DNA from: Podarcis tiliguerta
Lineage: Eukaryota
DNA: 64,000 nt
Direction: 5' to 3' (one strand)
NCBI GenBank assembly: GCA_965153285.1
Contig: OZ229116.1
Below, piece by piece: positions 40,570 to 52,461 of the stretch. The number at the start of each line of letters is the position of its first letter. The stretch's first letter is position 1. Made by a program: the position numbers and the translations under genes. The notes under the pieces were generated by a model. That model was not told the DNA's origin. It saw only the letters and a list, made by a program, of their open reading frames with translations, and ran no database searches.

Positions 40570-42358
40570 ACACGTAGTAGTATTCATACATGCACTCCCT
40601 GACCTCCATTCCAAGGTGGTGCAGCCTGCTGAATGTTTTATATCCTTCTCCCTGATCTGCTAGTTTTCTTCATGCAAGGAGTTTCTCACAGGGGAGATTT
40701 AGATATGTCCTGCCACCTGCAGAATCAAGTGGTATGATCCAAGAAGAACCATGTCTTGTTGTTTTTAAAATTCAGTATGTTGTAATGCTTTTCTGAAGTT
40801 TAGGTATAAGATAAGAGTTGTTTTTTTTTTTTTTTTAAATCCACCAGCTTGCTCCATGTCCAAAAATAAAGAATTGATAATTATTTAAACTTCAGTCTAC
40901 ATTTTTGCAGTAGCAGATTCTTCCAGTACTGTAAACATTTCCCTCCAGCAAATCCCAGCTGTATATTTGATTTTAGTATCTCCATTTCCTTGCTGCTATA
41001 TGCCTGAATTGTGGGGTTTGGGGTGATAATTCTTGAGAAATTGTAAATGACAGAAGGCCCATTACAATCAGGGAGGAATGATGAGCATATGCTGGAAGTC
41101 TTCAGGCAATGTTAATTTCTGTATTAAGTCTTTAAATGTGTGCTCTTTGCCTAGGTGAAACGGGTGGGGGTGGGAAATAAGTGTTGGTTTGATGCAGCTG
41201 TGAACACTTTGGAGAGCCAGAAAACTGCAGGCCATTTGATTCCCAAGTTAAAGAGAGGAAACAGAGTTTGACCAACAGCTATTAAGAGGGCCTTATCCTA
41301 TAGACGTATTCATCTGACTTAGACTTGGTGAACAGAAGAGAGACTATATAGACACCTTTCAGTATGAATTGCCACAACATGCTCCATCTACATTTTATCC
41401 ATTGCCTGGTATTCCCATTGGCCTCATCCAGCGACTCTAGTGCAATGTCCCATCAGCACATAGTGGACAGGGAAGACAGCTTTGTTGCAGGGTGCGTGTA
41501 GCAGGTATGTTACTATTCATGCTCTTCTTTAAAAAGCCAAGATATGCGGCTAGACACAGGGCCAGATCAAGTCCCGATAGCAGAAGCTTGTGCAATGATT
41601 TCTGCTGGCCCAAGTGGGATTTCCCCTCCACCCCTTTGCCCCATGCTCCCATGCCACCCTGCTTCTGGGGTGTCAGGAGACACACACCCCTGCCCAACAG
41701 TACTCAAGGGAAAGAGAGGGGATATCATTCTATCTGGCAAGCTGAAATGCTTGCACTAATGGAATAATTGCCATAGCAGTATGTTGACTTCTTCTCAGTG
41801 CAATCCTTGGGAGGCAATAGAACATTAAAAACCAACAACAGTAAGTGGTTTGCAAAATTGTAGAACAGAAGGGGCACTTCTCTACTACTATGATGCACTT
41901 CTCTGTGACCTTAAGGCTGTAGTTCTATACACTTACCTAGGAAAAGCCCATTAAACCCATTAAACTCAAAGGTCCTTACGTCTGACTGTGATAGGTAGTT
42001 GCTGGATGAGCAATCTGGAGTTGGGATAGCACAGTAGCAGACTGCTCTGTTTTAGGATTAATATTGTATGAGAACGGTCTTATTTGGTTTAATTTAAATT
42101 ATATTTTGAATTTCCTAACAGCTGGTTTTTTAAAAAAAAATCTGTGTTTGACTGTTCTTATTTGCATAAAAAATATTAAAATACAGTATATGCAAGTTTT
42201 GTCAAATGTCGCTAATAATATTGCAGGAAATGTCCAGTAGGTGCTTCCTGATGTTCTAGCACCCACTTTACACATGAAAAGCAAGGCAGGTATTAACAAA
42301 ACATTTTTCCAAAACCAAAACATGGTACTTTGAGAACACACAAAATCTATCATCCCTG

Positions 42359-42498
42359 CAGCGGTTCTCAACCTGTGGGTCCCCAGATGTTGTTGGACTA
42401 CAACTCCCATCATCTCTGAGCTCTGGAGCCTTGCTTGCAAGGGGTGATGGGAGTTGTAGTTCAACAACATCTGGGGACCCACAGGTTGAGAAAGGTTG
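42359..42498. mobile_element. Palindromic hAT-type MITE, 140 bp
   Basis: Arms TTCTCAACCTGTGGGTCCCCAGATGTTGTTGGACTACAACTCCCATCA and TGATGGGAGTTGTAGTTCAACAACATCTGGGGACCCACAGGTTGAGAA are near-perfect reverse complements. Confidence 0.92.
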
Positions 42499-44428
42499 CT
42501 CCAAGGCATGGAACAAACGTAAGCAAAATAGAACAGAAGTCCATATGTAAAACCCGCTTTATTTGTTATGCAGCCTGCTACTTCCATGCAGCAGCCTCCG
42601 CAGCGTGTTACTGCCCATTAAATTGCGTGCACCATGCAATTTAATGGGCAACAGGGCTGTGGCTGTTGTCCTAACCTGAGCAACATGTGGTTTCCCTCTG
42701 TTCATCTGTTAGATGTGGACATCTGAGAAATGGAAACCTGGCCACATAGAGGTCTATGCACGTAAGCTTCCCCTGGAGCTGGAGCCATCTGTGATCAGGG
42801 TTTCAGCTCTCGGGAAACACTAAAATACACAGAGGTCTGCACCGCTATACTTTAGTGGAGCAACAATTCTCACAGAATAACTGGGCACCATGAGTGGGGG
42901 AAGCCATGTGTCATCAAGGTCCATTGCCTTTTCCATGGTATGGACCCCTTTGTGTCATGAAGGGAGCTCATGACATTCTTGGGATCTTCACCATACTAGG
43001 TCCCCCCTCCCCCTCTTGCTTTCATTGTGGCAGTAGCACACTGGACTGAAGATTAAGCCTCCTTACCTTAATATGTATCAGATCAGAGGCTCAGCAAATG
43101 GTCTGGGAGAGTAATGCTCAGCAGGTGTAGATCCGATAGGTAATATGGACAGGAAGCAACTGGGTATTCTATGCTTTTAATTGTTGCTGTTATCAGTTAT
43201 CTTTTTTGAATTGGAAAGCTACAGATCCAAAACTCATTTCTTTTCTATGAACCAGAAAGCTTAATTGTATTATAGTCCTCCTTCTTCCTCTTTCTCCCCC
43301 TCCCCTTCCAAAGAACCAGTTCATGTTTTTCCTCTCTGGGGAGACTTCCATCCATTCATCTCCAACTACAGCTCCACATGGATGTAGTTCTTGTGAATGT
43401 GTGAATGGCTTCCTCGTCCATCCATCACCACACATGAGAAAGGGGCTAAAAATAAGTCTTCTGGCAACCGTGCACATGAGGAACCCATAATTAGTGTCCT
43501 CATCTTAGATCTCTTCCTTGAGATGACTGCTCAGAAGTCACTTTGTTTCTGACTGGGGGGAAATGGTTGTGTGAATCAGCACTACAGCAGCTCCTGGGTA
43601 CCTAATTTGCAAGCTGTATTTTTATCTTAATCCATGCAAGCAGTTGCCTAGAAATTCCATAGAATTGCTTATTCCTCACCTATAACTCTTAATAAAAAAT
43701 AGGACCGTGCCAACCTATTAAATCCTTAATAGAATATTCTAATGGTTATTAAATCAATTGACTCTGAATCTCACTTTAATAAATGAGTCAGACAGTATTT
43801 TCCAATTACTGTCATCCACCACCTTTCTAAAGAGCAGATTATTCTGATTGAATTTTTTTAAGCTGTTCAGCACTTTTAAGATCCCCTCCCTAATACATTT
43901 GCTGAAAGAATGTAGCTTTGAAGTGGATATAGGAGAGAGGAAGAATGACCTCTTGAAGGGATGTTCTGGCACTCCACTTCACTTCATATTTATCCCAGGT
44001 GTAAACTGCCAGGGTAGCTTTTCACTGTCTGTTTGTTTAGTTGTGACTTTCAGTATTTTCTAAATTTTTAAGATTTTCTGTGGCTAGAGAGGGCGTGTGG
44101 GTGAGGGTGCAAAACAGCTTTCCTTCCAGTCATCATTCCACTTCTTCTAGTCTTGTATTTACAAGGAGCAACAGGAACTGAAATGTTATAGTGGAAGAAC
44201 TGTAGAAGCGTATGCAGCTGACCTTTCTAAAGTCAATTGTTTTAAAAAGGTGTCTGAAAACCAAGGTATTTTCAGAAGGTATTTTCAGAAGGGTTGCAGT
44301 CATCCTGGGCCAGATAGTCACTTGGTGTTTCCTCCACTGGGTCAGTCACAGTTCATTGCTGTTGCTGACCATAGCACTTTTACTTTCCTAAAATGTAGTG
44401 CGGATCAAAGTGGAAAATGAGGGGAATA

Positions 44429-44667
44429 CAGTGGTACCTCTGGATGTGAACGGGATCCGTTCCGGAGCCCCATTCGCATCCTGATGTAAACGCAACCTGC
44501 GCATGCGCTGGTCGCGATTCACCGCTTCTGCGCATGTGTGTGACCTTATTTTGAGCGTCTGCGCGAGCGGCAAAACCCAGAAGTAACACGTTCCGTTACT
44601 TCCAGGTCGCCGCAGAGCTCACCCGAAAATGCTCAGCCCAAAGCATATTTAACCCGAGGTATGACTG
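44429..44667. mobile_element. Tigger-like MITE (related subfamily, CpG-rich interior)
   Basis: TA followed by CAGTGGTACCTC at the left; GAGGTATGACTG followed by TA at the right. Confidence 0.88.
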
Positions 44668-44750
44668 TATGTGAGTTAACAGCTTTACAGAAATATTGCA
44701 TATGGTTCAAGAAACTAGGTGCATTTTACTTTACTTACTGCAGATCACAC

Positions 44751-44887
44751 ATACCTCAGTTGGTAGGGTATGAGACCCTTAATCTCAGGGTAGTGGTGGT
44801 GGTGGTGGTTATTTGAACCTCACATTGCAGGGGATTGGGTAGATGACCCTTGTGGTCCCTTCCAACTCAACAGGTCTATGATTCTAT
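44751..44887 (+). mobile_element. tRNA(Lys,CTT)-headed SINE with a CR1-derived tail
   Basis: CTCAGTTGGTAGGGTATGAGACCCTTAATCTCAGGGT resembles tRNA-Lys(CTT). The tail GATGACCCTTGTGGTCCCTTCCAACTC...CTATGATTCTAT is a CR1 3' end. Confidence 0.82.
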
Positions 44888-46457
44888 ACACAAAGAAAAA
44901 AGTAAACCTACCTAAGCTAATAATTAAGGCAGTGTAAAGACAGATATCTTCACTAGTAGCATTCCCTCTAATTACAAAAGTGAAAACTTTTATTAGTCAA
45001 CAAAACGAGTAGTGGGACCTCGATCATGCCCCATAGGAATACTTTGTGAAATACCCCTTGCTTTCTGTTGCTTTGTAGTGCCTGACATTGCTGATTTGCT
45101 TTTGGCTAGCATTTCAGAGGTTGGCATTGCTTATCTTCACCTTGACGGATGAAAGATCCAGAGCTGAGCTGCTTTCTTTCCACTTGCTTTAAGTGTGCAT
45201 ATCAACACAAATATTCATGGGGAAAAATTCCCTCCTAAGATTACTCAGTGCATAATATGGCTATTATGGGGATTTCCACCTTCCTCTGAAGCAGCTGTTA
45301 CTGACCACTGTCATAGGCCAGATACTAGATGCTCGGCCTAATCTTCTATTACACTATTAATTTCAGAATTTTAAGATATTAAAAATCAGGATTGATGTGA
45401 GGACTAGGCATTTACTCCGTCTTCTTAACAACATCTGCATTCAACCCTACTGTGATATATGTGATAAAATGTGGACTTGGTGAACATAAGTCTTACATTT
45501 TAGAAAAACATTGAATTTTATTTGGAAATAAAGTTTAAATTCAGGAAACAAAAAAAGGAAGGATATGTAATACAACAAGATAATTAAGGAAAGAAAGAAA
45601 CTCACTGATTACACTTCTTAATATATTGCATTTCTGCCATGTATTAACCTGAATCAGTTTATGGATACATATATCCTTACCTAGTGGTCCATCTAACTAT
45701 CCTAGATCATGAGCTTGAAGAAGAACGAGCTGCTTCGGACTTCTTCCCTGGCTATGTAATGACATCAAAGTATCCGCTGTCATAAACATGGAGGAAGTGA
45801 CAAATGCTTCCTCTCACATTGGTACAGTTGAGCTTTAGCAAGCCGTAAGCACATCTAGAATCTCAAGACTACACAGCTTAGAGCAAGAGTGGCCAAGACA
45901 GATGTTGTGGACATTCACACCTGTCTCAGCCAGCATGGCCACTGGGCACCATGTTAACTGTACTTGGCCTAAAGGCTGTGCAATTGCTGGCGTTGTTTTT
46001 GACTGGCCTGAGCATTTGCCATGAGAACAGGGGTTGGTAACTAGTGGAAATGCTGTTATCTATCACTAGTAGCATTGTTTCCCAACCACTGGGTCAGGCA
46101 GCACCTAGATCCCTTGCTAGAGTTCAGGAAGCCAGTGTAGCAGTTTATTAATTGTGCATGCGTACATTAAGATTAAATTAGAGTTCAAGTAACTGTGAAC
46201 CAGTGCAACAGAAATATAAATCAATTTACTTTTCCCTGTTTCAGATGGATAACAGTTTGGTAGAATAGCCAACCGATGGCCATTTAGGCTGCAAGTTATA
46301 TATTATCTGTTAATTTGGTAGTTATCCTCTTCAGTTTTCATTCATTTCTATATTAGTCATAGCTACCAGTCATATTAAGCAAACTATGCTTAGGAAGATG
46401 TGCTTTAAAAAAATCCTTTCCCTCTAATCTTGCATGAATGTTGTACCAGGGACAATC

Positions 46458-46481
46458 GTGTGTGTGTGTGTGTGTGTGTGT
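46458..46481. repeat. (GT)n microsatellite
   Basis: Read directly. Confidence 0.95.
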
Positions 46482-47316
46482 TTATTAATCGGATAGTGAT
46501 TTTACCTGCAAGATCAAACTATTTGTATAACACACTAGTGACATACAGAAGGACCTTTCCTGAGATCTGCTGAGGGAATTGAACCCTGTACAACAGAGCT
46601 GGAAGTTGCATCTTACCTAGCAACTGTTTCTAAGTAGGACAACCTATCACTGTTCCCATGGCGGAATGAAAGGAGCTTGCAACACTGTTGGGAAGAAAGA
46701 CTAATGGTAGGCCTAAGATGGAAGGGAGGGGGGAGGGCACCAAGGGCCTGCAGTGCAGAGCAGGGAAGGTTTTAGGATCAATTTGGTGGTGCTAGGATTG
46801 CCTGTAGCTGAACAAATAAAAGACCATTGAGGCTAGTAGGATAGTTATTAATAATAAAGTGTATTGTGGGTGAGCGGGGGGGGGGAGAGACTAGTTCAAG
46901 CATTAAAGATACTGGGTAATTAGTTGTCATAGGAAAAGATTTCAGATGCCATACAAATTTACAGACAACTCCCCCACCCTCTTGATGTGATACCAAAAAT
47001 TAACATAACAGCTCACAGAATTGAAATAAAAATAAAAATCCTGAATTTTCTTATCCACCCGCCCCCAGTCATCAGTACATGCAAGTTCTTTGCTACTAAA
47101 GACCAACCCAAGTAGCAAGGATTTGCACAGCATTTTTGGTTGTCATATAGAGGAAAGGCTAGAGTGGAAGGATACATATGAAAGTTCAACATAGAAAGGG
47201 AAGACTAGGATGGGGATTTTTTGTGAGTACTTGCTGGCTGCTCTATTGAGAATTTGCAAATTACAGTACATAATAATATACTCTGCGGTCAATCTGTTTA
47301 ACTAAAAGGTTTTTGA

Positions 47317-47340
47317 TCTCTCTCTCTCTCTCTCTCTCTC
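47317..47340. repeat. (TC)n microsatellite
   Basis: Read directly. Confidence 0.95.
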
Positions 47341-47772
47341 CCTCTCCTTCCCCCATTTACTTGGAAATGACAGTGCTAATTTTTGGAGTGTACATTAATT
47401 GATATGGGTTAATAGCAACAAGGGGCCTGATAGTATATCTGCCCACCCTTATTTTGGCATAGCTAATGGGATAGAATGATGCCATATCTAGTCAAGGCCA
47501 TTCATATTTAACTGACTTAAAATCTGGTGCACCAGCATTTATGTTAGCAGGTATCCAGTGCTATTGCGTGTGTGCACCATACTTCTAATTAGTGAATAAA
47601 TATTTGGGGAGGTGTAGCGGTTGCTGATTGGAACAAGATGAAAAGCTGCTTAGTACATGAAGTATATCATTCATGATCCTGCATAAAATCTAATCCTGGA
47701 ATTCTTTAGCAAGAGATTGGGTTTCAAGCATCGCAAGGGACAATAAACTTTTCTCATATTTTTCCCCACTAG

Positions 47773-47904
47773 ATGAAGGACTAAACCACGAGTGCAAGCT
47801 CTGCAACCAGACATTTGATTCTCCTGCCAAACTACAGTGCCATCTGATAGAACACAGCTTTGAAGGAATGGGAGGGACCTTCAAATGTCCAGTCTGCTTT
47901 ACAG
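47773..47904 (+). CDS. ZNF521: ZNF521 internal coding exon (132 bp, phase 1/1): C2H2 finger 28 and first half of finger 29
   Basis: Acceptor ttttccccactAG and donor AG|GTGAGT. Translates to (D)[43 protein letters not shown](V). EGLNH, QTFD and KLQC match ZNF521 as I recall it, rather than the paralogue ZNF423 (EGINH, QMFD, KLLC). Confidence 0.96.
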
Positions 47905-48483
47905 GTGAGTACATTAGGAACTGTTCATTTTATTCATGCACATTCTCAAATAATGCCATTCATGCCAGACATTGACTTCAGGTCAGCTTGCATGCAAGTA
48001 TTAGATTTGTGCTCGTTAGTGGTATTGATTAGGAATTATTTTAAAAGTCAAGTATGCAGAAAGATTGGACCTCCATCTACCTGAATTTTACAAGCACACC
48101 TCTCACACAATACGTTTTTATCGTATCAATAGGGTGGGTTCCACAGACCCCATGTGCTGAGCAGAAGGCTCCAATTTCTGCCTGTTTCCTCCCCTCTACT
48201 GTATCTCATCTTCCACATGCCACACTGCTCTAACCATAAAGTGAGATGAATCCCCATTGTATCCCGCTACATTCCTATCTGATGTACATACATTCTCAAA
48301 GGAAGATCACATGTCTGTGGGGCTGTTGGAATAATTGTTTTCAGCAGAGCATTCTCAGGTTATGCTCCATTTAAGCTGATTGGCCTCTGTATCTTCCTGT
48401 CTGCATGTAGAACCAGGCACACGTTGACCCAAGAAGCCACTGTTAATTGCTGACATTTGAGGTAGTAGGGGATCTTCTACATA

Positions 48484-48596
48484 TACACGGACTTAGATCA
48501 GATTCACCATGTTTATCCCTCAAGTATTCAGCACAGCGCATCAAACTACACATTGTGTATAATATTTTGGGTGCAAATCTGATCTAAGTCTGGGTA
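48484..48596. mobile_element. Small TA-bounded MITE-like inverted repeat
   Basis: GACTTAGATCAGATT (48490-48504) and AATCTGATCTAAGTC (48576-48590) form a perfect 15-bp inverted repeat; the unit starts and ends with TA. Confidence 0.6.
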
Positions 48597-49075
48597 GTAA
48601 AGTTTTCAATAGCTGCTAAAAGCTTTTTTGTTGAAGCAAGCCTACCCAAACATGTAACATCTTAACGCCTTTTTAAAGAATTTTCTATAAGCAAGAAAAC
48701 AAACAATAAGAATGAGAAGCTACAACGTCTCCATAGTCATAGATGTGTGTGTTTTTTTTAAAAAAACTTGCTTTTTATCTATATTTTTATAATTTTATTA
48801 TATCCCCTATTAATTGCTGCTTTAATTGCTATTTTAATGAATATTTTTTACATTTTATGTAAACCTCTTAGCGTTTTCTTTCACTAAGCAGTATTTACAT
48901 TTTGCCAATAAACAGATAAATAAAGCTCCCCATTGGCACCAATGTGAACTTTTTTTACTGTTGCAGGGGGGAAGTTTCCTGGGGAAGGAGTTGTGGCTGT
49001 GGAGGAGATGATTAAGCCTTCCTTCCATGTGTTCTGACACCTCATCCAGATTGCCCCTCCCACTTCTGAATTTAA

Positions 49076-49120
49076 ACACACACACATACACGCACACAGA
49101 CGCACACACAGACACAAACA

Positions 49121-49151
<31 letters not shown>
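49076..49151. repeat. Compound interrupted (AC)n(AG)n microsatellite
   Basis: Read directly. Confidence 0.9.
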
Positions 49152-49343
49152 TTTACAGCTATGTATGAAACATAACATGTTGCTTCACCCACAGTTACTT
49201 GCAGCACAACACCTCTATTGAACACTCTATATAGATCTGTCTCTGACGTTTCGTTTATGAAAACTGCCTTCACATAACATCAGCTACCATGTGATGCTTC
49301 TGCTGTGACTAAACAATGTGATTGCCATTGGCACTCCCTCAAA

Positions 49344-50088
49344 TAAGGTCACCAGATTTTTTTTCAAAGAATCCGGGGACACCTTTTAAAAAAAGCAGTA
49401 AGATCTTCTCTTCTGTGGTCTCATCTGTTGCACAGCCTTCCTCTGGGTCCCAGCCTGCTCTCTTGGAGCGCTAGCCGCCGTGGAGTAGGCTCAGGTCACG
49501 CCTGGGCTCGGCCACATGTCCTTGCCCTCCCAGTGCTCTCCTACCTTTCCTAAGCAGTGGCAGTGGCAGCAGCGTGGCAAGGTCGGGGATCCCCTCTTTT
49601 TTCTCCTTCCTCTTTCTCTCTCTTCCTTCTCCTTCTCCTCTCCTCCTTCTCCCTGCATCGCCTCTGGGGTTTTCTGGCCCGAGAGGACCGCTGGGCAGTG
49701 GGCTGGGTGGCCTGGTGCTCTCGCTCCTGGCTCGATTTGGGTTGGGGGGGGGCTGTCAGTGTTTCCTCCAGTTGACGCGCCGGGTGTCCCCGGTTCCCTC
49801 TCAGCAGTGGTGGCGGCAGCGGCAGTCTCAGCAGCCTGGAGCCAGCCTGGTAGCATAGTTGGCTCTGGCCGGCTTCAGGAGCTGCTCACTGCCATGGCGC
49901 CCGCCATTTTGCCTCGCCAGAAGTCCCCATATGATGTGTCTTGTGCCGTTGAACCAATCACACAACATTCATTCCCTACTAATAAATCTACAACACTTAA
50001 AATATAAATCCGGGGACTAATTTTGTCCGGGGACAGATTTGTAAATCTGGGGACTGTCCCCGGAAAATGGGGACATCTGGTAACCATA
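49344..50088. mobile_element. Non-autonomous hAT element, 745 bp, with a GC-rich interior
   Basis: Perfect 8-bp TSD CCCTCAAA at 49336-49343 and 50089-50096. TIRs TAAGGTCACCAGAT / ATCTGGTAACCATA and repeated subterminal (C)CGGGGAC motifs. Confidence 0.93.
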
Positions 50089-51475
50089 CCCTCAAAGAAA
50101 CTATGAAGTGCATTTTCCTTCCTTCTGTACCTCTGTACTCTTCCACTCTTGCCTTATCCCCACCGTAAATCAGCTTCGCACTGCCACCTCCTCAAGCCCC
50201 CTTCCCATGTTACTGCTTCCCCACAACCAGAGGTAATTGATGCTCCAGGAATCATGACTTGGAACCATGCCTTCCTTTCCATTGTTGTAAGAAACCTCAG
50301 GCATTTGCTGTTTATAGGCCTATCTATTGCCAATAAGACAAGCTCCCCTACCACCCTGGTAGGGGTACGAAACACACTGACATACTGGAGGAAGCATAAA
50401 CCTGCAACTGTCGCTGAAAATTAAACCATAAAGACTGCATACAGACCTTTTATGTTTAACAGCAATAATGCTCCTTAAAATTATACCCTGAATCATAGTG
50501 AATAAATGCAGGATTTCTTTTTTCTAAAAGAGGAAAATCAGCGGTTTGCACAGCTCTCTATCAACGGGAAGCAATTTGGGGTTTTTGTTCTCCACTGATG
50601 CACTTTGATAAGAAAACATGACCCTTCGTACTTTTGTATTAGTCCTTCTTGTTTGGCAGCTCCATTCCCAATAAAATGCAGGCATCCACTACGAGAGCCA
50701 AATTAAAGTAAGGTTTCTCTTCTGTTGGTTGAAGTTGCTGCTACTGATTATTACCTTCCCATATTCAAGTTAGACATGTTTTCCTGCATTATAACAATTT
50801 AGTTAATTTTCACTACACAGCTTGCAGTAATGATGTCTGAGGCTGTAGATAGTTTTGCTTTCAACCGTATGCCTGTCAGGCATCTGGGTTCAATAATTCC
50901 TTCAAGCATTTCTTTTGCATTTTAGTTTTTGCATTAATTGTACAGGATTTTGCTCTGTGTGTGTGTGTAAGCGTTTCCCCCACTTTATTCCCTTAATACA
51001 GCTTGTGATTCAAAGAGTTAAGTTTAGGATGGATTTTAAAAAAACAACAGTGTACAAAAAAGTGTATGAAAAGCAACCCTATTTGTGGTTCTCGCCATAA
51101 ATAAGTTCCCTGATTAAAATAATACTAATAACAATAATCCTTTAATATTTCAGCCAGTGGCCCTGTAAAATGTATAAAAAAACCCATTTTCCATTTTTGC
51201 TGATGGGGTAAATAGACACAGCACATTAATCATAAACAATGATGTTTTATGAGTAATATGCTATTAAATTATTTTAGTGTGTAGAATATTAACAAAACCA
51301 AAAATCACCAATACAAGTTTTATATGGAAAATGGAATACAATCCTTTTTAAGGTAATGAGAAATGTGATTAAAATGTATGACTCACAAGAACGCTATTCT
51401 AATTCTTTTCTCTTCTCTTTTTTTGGCATTCAATTAGAATTATTTTAATGATTAGGAATGGAGTCAAAGTTAAAT

Positions 51476-51776
51476 NNNNNNNNNNNNNNNNNNNNNNNNN
51501 NNNNNNNNNNNNNNNNNNNNNNNNNNNNNNNNNNNNNNNNNNNNNNNNNNNNNNNNNNNNNNNNNNNNNNNNNNNNNNNNNNNNNNNNNNNNNNNNNNNN
51601 NNNNNNNNNNNNNNNNNNNNNNNNNNNNNNNNNNNNNNNNNNNNNNNNNNNNNNNNNNNNNNNNNNNNNNNNNNNNNNNNNNNNNNNNNNNNNNNNNNNN
51701 NNNNNNNNNNNNNNNNNNNNNNNNNNNNNNNNNNNNNNNNNNNNNNNNNNNNNNNNNNNNNNNNNNNNNNNNNNNN
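51476..51776. other. N-block, 301 bp
   Basis: Run of N. Confidence 0.99.
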
Positions 51777-52242
51777 TTTTACGTTTATAGACATTGCCCC
51801 AAAGTAGCTGTGGGATATAATTTTAACATTAACACATTTAAATACAGAAATAGTTTGCTAGATTTAAGTTTTGGGCAAATGCATAAATAAATAAAAATAG
51901 CGGGTGTGTGTTTTTGTGCTTTTGTATCTGTCGCTTCCATATTTCACAGTAGCAAGGATTTGTTTATTTTCAAATGTTGCTTTTGATGTTCAGCACATTG
52001 TGGTGCAATCTGAAATTATTGTGGCAAGGGGAAAGGTACATTTCTGAGTGTTTGAGATTGAAACAGTATTTGATTATGTTTTTACCAGACATATAAGCAC
52101 AGTTCTTTTACAAAGAAAAGAAAATTAGGACTTGGATGTAGAGCTGAGCAATCGTGGCTGGTGCCTATTATAGCAACAGTATAATCAGAAATTACAGGGT
52201 TCTTGGATAATTGTACCCTTTGCAATTGCTGTGAGTTAATGA

Positions 52243-52461
<219 letters not shown>

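Noticed and set aside
42099-42587. 162-aa minus-strand ORF
   Set aside because: It runs through a palindromic MITE; the same peptide (MGVVVQQHL) appears on the opposite strand and again near 60870, showing a repeat origin.
49491-50007. 163-aa (+) and 121-aa (-) ORFs as novel genes
   Set aside because: They lie inside a TSD-bounded transposon, are GC-rich and low-complexity, have no recognisable domain, and several frames are open at once.
4573-51807. Long ORFs spanning N-blocks (for example 209, 226, 235, 308 and 131 aa)
   Set aside because: Artefacts: N codons cannot be stops.
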